Source: an uncultured Aminicenantes bacterium (GTDB lineage Bacteria > Acidobacteriota > Aminicenantia > UBA2199). Taken from it: a stretch of 64,000 nt of DNA. The stretch covers positions 1 to 64,000 of the forward strand of contig CBDAFS010000058.1 of NCBI GenBank assembly GCA_965195285.1, in the 5' to 3' direction. The translations under genes were made by a program, and so were the position numbers. Numbering within the stretch: position 1 is the stretch's first letter; each line of letters opens with the position of its first letter. Of this stretch, positions 1 to 8,531 are shown piece by piece. The notes beneath the pieces are model-generated. The model searched no databases. It saw nothing but the letters and a program-made list of their open reading frames with translations, and was not told the origin of the DNA.

Positions 1-46
1 GATGATTCCGAACAGATTATTATCAATTAATTTTATTAGTTAGCGA

Positions 47-1090
47 TTATCTTTTGGCGCTTTTTTTATTGTATAGATTGGCTGCCACATTCCGGACCAC
101 GTAGTGTACATTTTTGTCATAGGTGATATGCTTCAAATCCTTGAGATGAAGTTTGCTCACCAATCCCAGTGCTTTTTTCAGCGGGGTTTTGGGATTCTGT
201 ACCATTTCAAGGGTCATGGTATAATTCTTGGCCCATTCCCGCTTATTGGCAATTTTGGCGATGATTTCCTGGGCGATACTGCGGTCTCGGAGGATCAGTA
301 AAATTTCGTCCTCTGCAAGTTTGGGACTCTCCAGCACAGCCAAAGCCACCAGCTTATTGGCATCTTTTATCAGGATCATCCTTTCGGTTCGGCTACCGGT
401 GAGAGCAAGTTTTATCCGTTCCGGGACGGTCAGTTCATTGATCCGCTGCAGGGTGGTGAGAACTTTATCCTGTATCTCTTCGATGGTAATTTTATCTAAA
501 TCCTCTTTTTCAGCTTCTTCATCCTTTTGCACGACATCCTGAATGTTGTCAATTATATCCTCTTCGGAAATCAAAGCGGCCTTCTCTTCCTTCAAGTAAA
601 AATCCCTTATCTCTTGAATTTTACCTTTTATGAAGTTATTAACATGGGGATTTTTCTCCATAACATTTAAAATATTGGGATAAGCAATTAACTTGATTTG
701 ATTTTCCAGTAACATTTCCAGCATTGGAGTGTTGCCCTTTTCAGCAATTCTAACCAGAAATTCGATCGGCAGAGCCTGGTTTTGTATCACTTTTATGACC
801 AGGTTAAGATTTTCAGTTGACAGGGCTTCAATGAGTAAATAATAAGCCACCCGGTGGTTGGCTTCTCTTTTTTCAGGATATTGTGTTTTTACCGGTTCTG
901 GAACGGTTTTTAACAATTTCAGGGCCTGCGGTTTCAATTCCTCTTTTTTCAATAAAAAAACCAGGCTTTCCAGGTATTCTTCTTCGGTAAAGGGTAACTG
1001 CTTTAAAAAGAACATATCATAGACTTCCGGCTCCACTTCCTCCTGAATGATTTTTTTTACCAAGGGATTTTTAGAAATCAGCTTTATCAT
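47..1090 (-). CDS. Conserved hypothetical alpha-helical protein (HEAT/LRV-like C-terminal region)
   Basis: 347-aa ORF. C-terminal ERIKLALTGSRTERMILIKDANKLVALAVLESPKL...NPKTP resembles an uncharacterised family I recall from Deltaproteobacteria/Acidobacteria. ATGA overlap with the upstream rodZ-like gene. Confidence 0.7.
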   Translation of the reverse strand: MIKLISKNPLVKKIIQEEVEPEVYDMFFLKQLPFTEEEYLESLVFLLKKEELKPQALKLLKTVPEPVKTQYPEKREANHRVAYYLLIEALSTENLNLVIKVIQNQALPIEFLVRIAEKGNTPMLEMLLENQIKLIAYPNILNVMEKNPHVNNFIKGKIQEIRDFYLKEEKAALISEEDIIDNIQDVVQKDEEAEKEDLDKITIEEIQDKVLTTLQRINELTVPERIKLALTGSRTERMILIKDANKLVALAVLESPKLAEDEILLILRDRSIAQEIIAKIANKREWAKNYTMTLEMVQNPKTPLKKALGLVSKLHLKDLKHITYDKNVHYVVRNVAANLYNKKSAKR

Positions 1091-1821
1091 TTTTCAAAAA
1101 TAGATTCCAGATTTTGAGGTGATATTCTTATTTTCACGGGTCTTTTTTGATTTTGATATTTGGATACTTTTCTGCCATTGATGCTAAGGTTTATTGTGGA
1201 GGGATTACCAATAGTGAGCAATATTTCATAACCATGGATGCTGATTTGTTCTCCGGCTTTGATGATTCGTTCTATAAATTTTTTATTGCCCCGAAAGGCC
1301 TGAAGCCAGCAATCTGATTGGGCGTTTATTGTTATCCGGACCGGAGAAAAATCAGGATTTATGGTTTCATCCTGATAATCGTAGATCATGCCGGTTGCCG
1401 GGATTACTTTTGACTTTCCTTGAAAGATATTGGCGACCCGGTCTTTATTTTTCATGAAGAAGTATGTCACAAAGATAGATATGATGACAATCAGCAGGAT
1501 TCCCAGAAAAAAATTTTTTCTCTTGAATCTTGAATATCTGATCTTATCGTAGTAAATAACCGGCCCAGTGGTTTTTTGATCGTCAATCCCATTGATTGAT
1601 TCTCTATGGTTTTTAAAGAAAGTATCTTCATCCAGGCCAATGGCATTTAAATAGCTTTTTATGAAATTATTTAAATAAAACTTTCCGGGAATATGCTGAA
1701 ATTCATTGTTTTCCAGTGCCCGTAGAATTCTTTCACTGATGTTGGTTTTTTGTGAAATTTCTCCCAGGCTTATATTTTTGATCTCTCTTTGTTGTTTTAA
1801 TATTTCACCCAAACCACTCAT
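1087..1821 (-). CDS. rodZ: RodZ-like protein (XRE HTH, one TM helix, DUF4115-like periplasmic domain)
   Basis: N-terminal GEILKQQREIKNISLGEISQKTNIS...LENNEF..IPG..Y...FIKSY; TM at about aa 104-122; C-terminal CW...IGNP...L.ING motif. Confidence 0.8.
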   Translation of the reverse strand: MSGLGEILKQQREIKNISLGEISQKTNISERILRALENNEFQHIPGKFYLNNFIKSYLNAIGLDEDTFFKNHRESINGIDDQKTTGPVIYYDKIRYSRFKRKNFFLGILLIVIISIFVTYFFMKNKDRVANIFQGKSKVIPATGMIYDYQDETINPDFSPVRITINAQSDCWLQAFRGNKKFIERIIKAGEQISIHGYEILLTIGNPSTINLSINGRKVSKYQNQKRPVKIRISPQNLESIFEK

Positions 1822-1829
1822 ACCTTTTC

Positions 1830-1857
1830 ATTTTATATGATTGGAATGATAAGTCAA
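1830..1857 (-). promoter_or_regulatory. Sigma70-type promoter of rodZ-like gene
   Basis: Minus strand TTGACT-N16-TAAAAT, ending 8 nt before the ATG at 1821. Confidence 0.5.
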
Positions 1858-1958
1858 TATACAGGGGAAGTAACCTGGAAATTTTCAGGAAACTGAGTTG
1901 AGTTATGCCATTTCCAATTTAAAAAATGAGATTTGTATATTAAAAAGTTCTTTAATTC

Positions 1959-1988
1959 TTGACTTAAAGCTCAAACAACCATTATAAT
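1959..1988 (+). promoter_or_regulatory. Sigma70-type promoter
   Basis: TTGACT-N18-TATAAT upstream of the ATG at 2008. Confidence 0.5.
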
Positions 1989-2007
1989 TCTGATTCGAGA
2001 ATAAAAT

Positions 2008-2859
2008 ATGAAATCAGCCAAACCAATTTTATTATGGATTTTTGCAGTTGTTTTGTCTTTACTGATCGGTGTGTTCCAGAGAATGACCGGTCCTACCCAT
2101 CCGGTTCGGGGTCAGGATACAGTTAATGGCAAGCCGATTCAATACCGTTTACTCAGGAGCCATATTGCATTTGAAGATTTACCGGTTACAATTAAAGCCG
2201 ATGCTACCGGGGTGAAGGCTTTTCTGGCTTATAAGCGTTACAAGACCGGTGATGAATGGACTGAAATTGAGATGGAGAGAGAGGGAAATCATCTGGAAGC
2301 AAAAATTCCGGGACAACCCGTAGCTGGTAAAGTAGAATATACCATCCGGATTCAAAGCAATGATCAGCAGGTTATCTTAAATCGAGGTAGGAGTATTGTT
2401 GCCCGGTTCAGGGGAAGAGTGCCGTCTTTTTTTCTGATTGTTCATATACTGTTGATGCTTCTGGGGATCATATTTGCATTGAGAACCGGGATGGAAGCCT
2501 TGAGAAAAGAGGGACGATATTTTGGATTGGTAAATTGGACGCTCTTCATTGTATTTTTCGGTGGAATCATTTTTGGCCCCATTGTCCAGAAGTATGCATT
2601 TGGAGATTTCTGGACAGGTTTTCCATTTGGATTTGATTTGACTGATAATAAGACTTTTCTGGTTTTCATTTTCTGGGTTTTTGCCTTCTTTTTTAAGAGA
2701 AAGAGCAAATGGTGGGTGTTGACAGCTGCCATTCTCATGATTGTGGTGTATTTAATTCCCCATTCCGTACTGGGTTCAGAACTGGATTATGAAACCGGGA
2801 AAATGAACAATAAATACAGCTTATATCAAAAACTTCCCTCTTATTCTGCTGTCCCTTGA
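2008..2859 (+). CDS. Hypothetical membrane protein
   Basis: 283-aa ORF; N-terminal TM, soluble beta-rich domain, about 4 C-terminal TM helices. Confidence 0.75.
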   Translation: MKSAKPILLWIFAVVLSLLIGVFQRMTGPTHPVRGQDTVNGKPIQYRLLRSHIAFEDLPVTIKADATGVKAFLAYKRYKTGDEWTEIEMEREGNHLEAKIPGQPVAGKVEYTIRIQSNDQQVILNRGRSIVARFRGRVPSFFLIVHILLMLLGIIFALRTGMEALRKEGRYFGLVNWTLFIVFFGGIIFGPIVQKYAFGDFWTGFPFGFDLTDNKTFLVFIFWVFAFFFKRKSKWWVLTAAILMIVVYLIPHSVLGSELDYETGKMNNKYSLYQKLPSYSAVP

Positions 2860-2889
2860 AGAACCGTAGTCAGATTTTTCGGATAACAA

Positions 2890-4317
2890 TTATTCTTCAA
2901 TTTTAACTTGTATTGGAATAGGTTCCTGAGTGCCGCCGGCCTTACAGAAATTTCCATTGGTTACCCGGTATACTTTCTTTTCCTGGGTGTTCACCTCAAT
3001 AAAGAAGTTTTTCCAGATAGAGTTACTGAATTGATAGAGGTGGGAACTGACCTTGCAGACCTTCCAAAAGGGGACATAGATAATCTGGTTTCCAAAGGAA
3101 AGGGCTTGCATTTTTTTGGTTGCCGGTTCATAAATGATTTGGATCTTGGGCAGGAGAAGTTTAAATGATATTGGTAAGGCGATTTTACTGCCCCCTCTCA
3201 CGTTGACTTTGATTTTCAATTCCCTGGCTTTGCCCCCTGTTTTACAGAATTGTCCCCCGGTTATTTCCCACACGCCCTTTTCCAGGGTGCTGATTTCCCA
3301 GTGTATATCTTTCCAGCCAACATGAGTAATTTGATATAGGTAAGCCTTCATTCTGCATTTGCGCCAGTCTTTGCCATTGGAAAAAACAATATCATTATTC
3401 ACAATCTGGAGTTCATAAGTGGAAGGGTTAAATTTTATCTCTGTGTCGATCAGTTCCAGTATGACTTTTTTAGGTTCCTTGAATTCAACCATTATGAATC
3501 CCAGGAAAACATTGTTTTCTTCATTGAATTCGTTGATGGTATTTCCTGAGTCGATCACCACGCCCAAGTAATATTTTCCAGGTAGAGTGTTTTTGGGAAT
3601 CATGACCGGTTCGGTCAGTTTTATGGATTTTTTTTCACCGGATTCAAGACGATCAATGTTTATCCTTCCGTTTTTGAGCAAAACATCATCCTGAAATATT
3701 TCACTATAAGAGGCTTTCTGGAGGGGAATCTGCTTGTCTCTGGAGAGTACCAAATCCAAATCGAAATTATCTGCAGCCAGGGCGCCGTTATTCTTTATGG
3801 TAATGATGATTTCCTCTTTTAAAGGTTGTCCTGGAGCAATCTTCACCGGATAGGTTAACTCCACTACCAGGTCGGGCATCTTGCAAAATGTGATTTCGTA
3901 TCCCTTGAGTACCACCTGTGTTTTAGAATCACTCAGCAGGATCTGGAACCCGGGTTTCTTGGATTTCGCTTCCAGCTTTGCTATAATGTCTTTATAGTAG
4001 GTTCGATGAAATTTCACCAATAAAAATTCGTGGTCAACGATTTTGTGAAGCCATTTGACCTTTCCGTTTTCGATTTTTCCCAGTCGGGCTTGAACGAGAT
4101 CGGTTGAATCGGCAAATTCAATAAAACCGTCTATACCTTGCAGGTTATAGTTGCTAATAATGGCTTCAATATGGTTTAAATTAATCAGCAGTCTGTATTT
4201 CCCTTCTTTAACAGATGGTTGTTCAAATTTTAAAAAGGTAGCATTATTGTTGTCGGAGAATAAAAAGGAACCAAGAAAAAAGACAACCAAAAATAGTCCG
4301 GACAAATATTTTCTCAT
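2890..4317 (-). CDS. Secreted protein with CARDB-like Ig domain and two C-terminal tandem repeats
   Basis: Signal peptide; PDLVV...IKNNG...GKYYLGVVIDSGNTINEFNEENN is CARDB-like; strong SD GAGGAGG. Confidence 0.75.
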   Translation of the reverse strand: MRKYLSGLFLVVFFLGSFLFSDNNNATFLKFEQPSVKEGKYRLLINLNHIEAIISNYNLQGIDGFIEFADSTDLVQARLGKIENGKVKWLHKIVDHEFLLVKFHRTYYKDIIAKLEAKSKKPGFQILLSDSKTQVVLKGYEITFCKMPDLVVELTYPVKIAPGQPLKEEIIITIKNNGALAADNFDLDLVLSRDKQIPLQKASYSEIFQDDVLLKNGRINIDRLESGEKKSIKLTEPVMIPKNTLPGKYYLGVVIDSGNTINEFNEENNVFLGFIMVEFKEPKKVILELIDTEIKFNPSTYELQIVNNDIVFSNGKDWRKCRMKAYLYQITHVGWKDIHWEISTLEKGVWEITGGQFCKTGGKARELKIKVNVRGGSKIALPISFKLLLPKIQIIYEPATKKMQALSFGNQIIYVPFWKVCKVSSHLYQFSNSIWKNFFIEVNTQEKKVYRVTNGNFCKAGGTQEPIPIQVKIEE

Positions 4318-4378
4318 TTTTCCTCCTCTCTGCAGATTAAAAAGGTCATTCTTTTGAGTCTAACTCTTGCCTGAGTTA

Positions 4379-4407
4379 AGTATATGACAAATAAATTTTT
4401 TTTTCAA
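4379..4407 (-). promoter_or_regulatory. Sigma70-type promoter of the CARDB gene
   Basis: Minus strand TTGAAA-N17-TATACT. Confidence 0.5.
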
Positions 4408-4455
4408 TTTTCAAATTTGCAGTTTATTGAGGTATGTGGTAAATGAAATAATCAT

Positions 4456-5352
4456 ATGAAACAATTTTTAGAGAATAAGCTCAAGGGTATCATAAGAATC
4501 GAAAAGATTGAAGGTGAAGCATCCAGAAGAGAGTTTTACCGGATTTTTCTGGATTCCGGTACTGTAGTTGCCATGGCCTATCCAGAAGAAAACCGAGATG
4601 AAATTGAAAAAGTAATCAATTTTACCAATTTATATGCAAAACACAAAATACGGGTACCCGATATTATTGATGTTATCGACAACCGTGTTGTATTGCAGGA
4701 GGATCTGGGAAATCAGTTGTTTCAAAATATTTTTAGCCGGCTAGGGTTAGAGCAGAAAAAGAGAGCATTGGAATCAATTGCAGAAATTTTGTCGAGAATA
4801 AGATCAATTCCTGTCAAGCAAACCAATTCAACTCTGGATCACAAGAGAATGAAATGGGAAATGGACTTTTTTTTATCCAATTTCGTTGAAAAACCCTATC
4901 ACCAGCATAAATCTATCCAGGTACTCACCGATGAAGTCCATGGCCTGGTGGATGATATTCAAACTAAACCTACTTTTGCCCATCGGGACTTTCACACCCG
5001 GAATATGTTGGTCTACCGCGAAGAAATATATCTGGTGGACATTCAGGATTCACTGATAGGCCCTGAATATTACGATCTGGTCTCATTTGCTTTTGATTCA
5101 TATCAGAACCTGGGTTCTCTGCGAGAGGATTTTTTCAGGTTTTTTAAAGATAGAGGATATATCCTAAACGAACAGCAGCTTTACCTGACTGCCCTTCAGA
5201 GAAATATTAAAGCTCTGGGTACTTTCGGATTTCAGATAAATGTAAAGAATAACCGGAAGTATAGAAAATATATAAAGCCAACAATTGAACACATCCGGTC
5301 AAATAGTCTGGCCGCGTTATATGTGCCCTCGCTTCTGGATTTGTTTATTTGA
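4456..5352 (+). CDS. APH-family phosphotransferase, AmgK (anomeric MurNAc/GlcNAc kinase)-like
   Basis: GEASRREFYR, QEDLG, HRDFHTRNML, DIQD, GPEYYDLVS and QRNIKALGTFG motifs. Confidence 0.75.
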   Translation: MKQFLENKLKGIIRIEKIEGEASRREFYRIFLDSGTVVAMAYPEENRDEIEKVINFTNLYAKHKIRVPDIIDVIDNRVVLQEDLGNQLFQNIFSRLGLEQKKRALESIAEILSRIRSIPVKQTNSTLDHKRMKWEMDFFLSNFVEKPYHQHKSIQVLTDEVHGLVDDIQTKPTFAHRDFHTRNMLVYREEIYLVDIQDSLIGPEYYDLVSFAFDSYQNLGSLREDFFRFFKDRGYILNEQQLYLTALQRNIKALGTFGFQINVKNNRKYRKYIKPTIEHIRSNSLAALYVPSLLDLFI

Positions 5353-5388
5353 ATATTTGATGCAATTCCGGGAAAAAATAATGAATGA

Positions 5389-5658
5389 TTATTGTTCTGG
5401 TTCTTTGGATATGACCCCTTTTTCAACCAGAAGACTGACCTGTTTGTTCACTGCGTCGGCAAAACGCAAAAAATGGGGGATGGTCAGATGGACATAGGTT
5501 TGAATATTGATATGGTTGGCATCTTTGATTTCCCTGATTCCCATCCCCATACAAACCTCTTCAGGGTTTACATTAAAGGAAATTAAATTGGAATAAATAT
5601 GCCCGGCATTTTCATCCATGATTTCAATTTTTTCAGTTTTTTCCACCCAGCACCTCAT
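5389..5658 (-). CDS. Small DUF3467-like protein
   Basis: IYSN.....NPEE....G....V.LT..H...F pattern; ATGA-coupled to the upstream sulfotransferase; exact start uncertain. Confidence 0.55.
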   Translation of the reverse strand: MRCWVEKTEKIEIMDENAGHIYSNLISFNVNPEEVCMGMGIREIKDANHINIQTYVHLTIPHFLRFADAVNKQVSLLVEKGVISKEPEQ

Positions 5659-6347
5659 TTAAAACTTTCTTTTTCTAGATTTTTTAATAGGCCGTATAAC
5701 AGCTTTTCTTCCGGGGGAATAATGATCCGGCTGTTTTTTTGGGTTTGATAATCCCTTTTGATCACATTCAAATTAACATTGAATCCGAGTTTTTTAAAGG
5801 CTTTTACCACTTTCGGATTTCCCCTGATAAGCGATTCATAGCTGATCACTATATTTTTGGGGATATTTTCATGGGCAGCAACCAGTGCGTTGTTGTTTTC
5901 AAACCAGTTCAGTTTGAATTGTGATATCCCCCTTCTCAACATACTGGATTTGACATCACTTGGGTCTCTGAAAATAAATACCACCCGCATTTTTTTGGCA
6001 ATATGCCGATAAAAGAATATAGAGGGAATATGTACGATTTTTAGTCCGGTTAACTCCTTTGGTTCATTTAATTTTCGGATTATTTTGTTTAATTCCTGGA
6101 TATTTTCAATTGTCATTGCTTTTTCAATTAATTTTTTTTCCAGTTCCTTGGCAATTGATAGTTCAAAGTAACCTTCTTTATTGTATTCATCGGCTCCCAG
6201 ATCAGAGGGGAACTGTACCCCCGCACTCTCCAGCAATTGGCAGGCGAGTGATGTGCCGCTCCTGGGATGTCCGGCCACGAATATTCCATTTTGCAAAACA
6301 ACGGGTTGAATTTCTTTTTGAGAGCTCTTTTTTTTTGCTGGTGTCAA
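5655..6347 (-). CDS. Sulfotransferase family protein
   Basis: 5'-PSB loop GHPRSGTS, NKEGYFE, FRDPSDV..S, ISYESL; SD GGAGG before the TTG start. Confidence 0.8.
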   Translation of the reverse strand: MTPAKKKSSQKEIQPVVLQNGIFVAGHPRSGTSLACQLLESAGVQFPSDLGADEYNKEGYFELSIAKELEKKLIEKAMTIENIQELNKIIRKLNEPKELTGLKIVHIPSIFFYRHIAKKMRVVFIFRDPSDVKSSMLRRGISQFKLNWFENNNALVAAHENIPKNIVISYESLIRGNPKVVKAFKKLGFNVNLNVIKRDYQTQKNSRIIIPPEEKLLYGLLKNLEKESFK

Positions 6348-6487
6348 ATTTTCCTCCTATTGGTCATCTCTTGTTCAATTGTGGATATCAAACCAAAAAC
6401 TTTGGAGTAATAATTATTATAACACATTTTAAGCGCTGTTTTTAATTTTGGTCTGGCTTTTCTCCGCGATGAGGTGAATACATGAAA

Positions 6488-6516
6488 TTGACATTTACCG
6501 GATTATTGTTTAAAAT
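6488..6516 (+). promoter_or_regulatory. Sigma70-type promoter (leaderless geometry) of NusG paralog
   Basis: TTGACA(6488-6493)-N17-TAAAAT(6511-6516), then 6 nt to ATG 6523; no SD. Confidence 0.7.
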
Positions 6517-6522
6517 TCAAAA

Positions 6523-7041
6523 ATGGACCTATCGAAGAATTTCAATTGGTTTATTATCAATACCAAACCCAAACAGGAATTCATTGCAGAAAAGAATCTT
6601 AAATTACTCGGAATTGATGTCTATCTTCCCATATACCTCAAAAAAGTAAAAAAAGACAAGGCCAAAATAGATATTATTGCGCCACTGTTCAGTGGGTATC
6701 TTTTTTCAAAATTTTCAATCCCCGATTCTTATCACAAGGTGAAGTATACCCGGGGTGTTAAAATGGTTTTGGGTAGCAAAGATTATTTGTGGACCATCGG
6801 ACAGGACCGGGTATTGGATATCAAACTGAGAGAAAAGAATGGGGTTGTTATACTGAAGAAGAAGATAGAGCATTTTAGCAAGGGTGATCGAATCACCATT
6901 GATGAAGGTGCATTTGATGGCTGGGAAGGTATTTTTTATGAGGAGTTGCCGGATAGGGATCGGGCCATCATTATGCTGACCAATGTAAAATTTTCCAGTA
7001 AATTGATTGTTCCAAAAAAGTACCTGGTATTGAATCGTTGA
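6523..7041 (+). CDS. Specialised NusG paralog (RfaH/UpxY-like antiterminator)
   Basis: NGN domain WFIINTKPKQE..A..NL...G..VYLP, PLFSGYLF, TRGV; KOW motif GDRITIDEGAFDGWEGIF; located at the head of a glycan operon. Confidence 0.85.
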   Translation: MDLSKNFNWFIINTKPKQEFIAEKNLKLLGIDVYLPIYLKKVKKDKAKIDIIAPLFSGYLFSKFSIPDSYHKVKYTRGVKMVLGSKDYLWTIGQDRVLDIKLREKNGVVILKKKIEHFSKGDRITIDEGAFDGWEGIFYEELPDRDRAIIMLTNVKFSSKLIVPKKYLVLNR

Positions 7042-7078
7042 TACCCAAGTTTTTAATATTGACTGATAGAATAGGAGC

Positions 7079-8385
7079 ATGAAATCATTTTCGGAAAAAG
7101 TCATAAGAAACTGGTCATAATTGGGATTGACGGAGTTCCTTTTGAATTAATTCAAACTTATATCAAATCTGGGATTATGCCGCATCTCAGGGAGATTATC
7201 GGAAAGGGAAAAATGGTCCCCATGTGTGTTCCCCTTCCAGAAATTTCCTCAGTATCATGGTCCAGTTTTATGACCGGTGCAAATCCGGGAGAACATGGAA
7301 TTTTTGGTTTTGTGGAGTTGATGAATGGAAGTTATCAGTATCGTTTTCCTGATTTTAGAGATTTACAGGTTCCCCCTTTTTTCGATGAACTGGGAAAACG
7401 GAAAATCAGGTCGGTGATTATTAATCTGCCCTCAACCTATCCGGCCAGAAAAATTCCCGGAGTACTGATTTCCGGATTTGTAGTACCGGATTTAAAAAGA
7501 GCGGTATATCCCGAGCATTATCTGGAAGTTTTAAAGGAATTCGGTTATGAGGTAGATGTTGATGCCACCAAAGGGAAAGACCGAAAAATGGAATTAATCT
7601 CGGACCTGCATTATACCCTTCGGGTTCGGAAGCAAGTGGCAGATTTCATCTGGAACCGGGAGAATTGGGATCTTTTCATGTTTACCATTACCGGAACCGA
7701 TCGCCTACACCATTTCTTTTTCGATGCCTATTCCGATCCATCCCATCAATTTCATCATGAATTTAAGAAGTATTATCAGGAGGTCGATAATATCATTGGT
7801 GACTTTTTTGAAAAAATTGAGAGAAAGGACGAATTTGAGTTCATTCTACTTTCAGATCATGGATTTGTAGACATCAATCAGGAAGTCTATATCAATCCTA
7901 TATTAAAACAAAATGGGTATTTCAGTACCGATACCCTTGACGTCACTTCCCTGGAGGATATGAACGAACAATCCAAAGCCTTTGCCCTTGATCCTTCCCG
8001 GATATATATTCATTTGAGGGACAAATTTCCCAGAGGAAAAGTAAATCAAAATGATTATTATCGGATACGTCTGGAAATAAAAAACCTTTTCCAAGAATAC
8101 CGGATTGGAAAAGATAAGGTTTTCAGAAAAGTTTTTTTAAAAGAAGAAATATATAGCGGCAAGCTTCTTGATCAGGCTCCGGACATTGTGTTGCTTTCCC
8201 AACGTGGATTTGACTTGAAAGCAGGATTAAAAAAGAAAATCGAACATGGCGACACTCATTTTAAGGGGATGCATTCCTTTGATAATGCTTTCTTCTATTC
8301 CTCACAGGCCGGGTTATTATCGGATAAAATGTCCATTTTTGATGTCAAAAAGCATATTTTTAGGTTATTACAGGTTAAAATTTAA
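7079..8385 (+). CDS. Alkaline-phosphatase superfamily (type I phosphodiesterase/nucleotide pyrophosphatase-like) protein; 5' end frameshifted or non-canonical start
   Basis: W.SF.TG.NPGEHGIFGF, DRLHH, SDHGF, G.H motifs. The KKLVIIGIDGVP motif lies in frame upstream of the tracked start (7177), while ATG 7079 is out of frame. Confidence 0.8.
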
Positions 8386-8434
8386 ATAAATGCTTATTTC
8401 AAGCCAGCCACCGGCCATTCCATATTTTTTTTTA

Positions 8435-8531
8435 TGTTATAATATATACATTATAACTGGCTTTTTGAGATCCGTAGTCAGAAAAAGCGTTCAATGTCTG
8501 CCTGGCAAAAATCTGAACGGCGGAAGCTTAA
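8435..8531 (+). promoter_or_regulatory. Extended -10 promoter and structured leader with ops-like GGCGGAAGC
   Basis: TGtTATAAT 8435-8443; stem CGTTCA(8488-8493)/TGAACG(8514-8519); GGCGGAAGC 8519-8527. Confidence 0.45.

Noticed and set aside
2865-2875. CCGTAGTCAGA shared between this intergenic gap and the 8472 leader
   Set aside because: Only 11 bp in two copies with no shared flanks; not distinguishable from chance.
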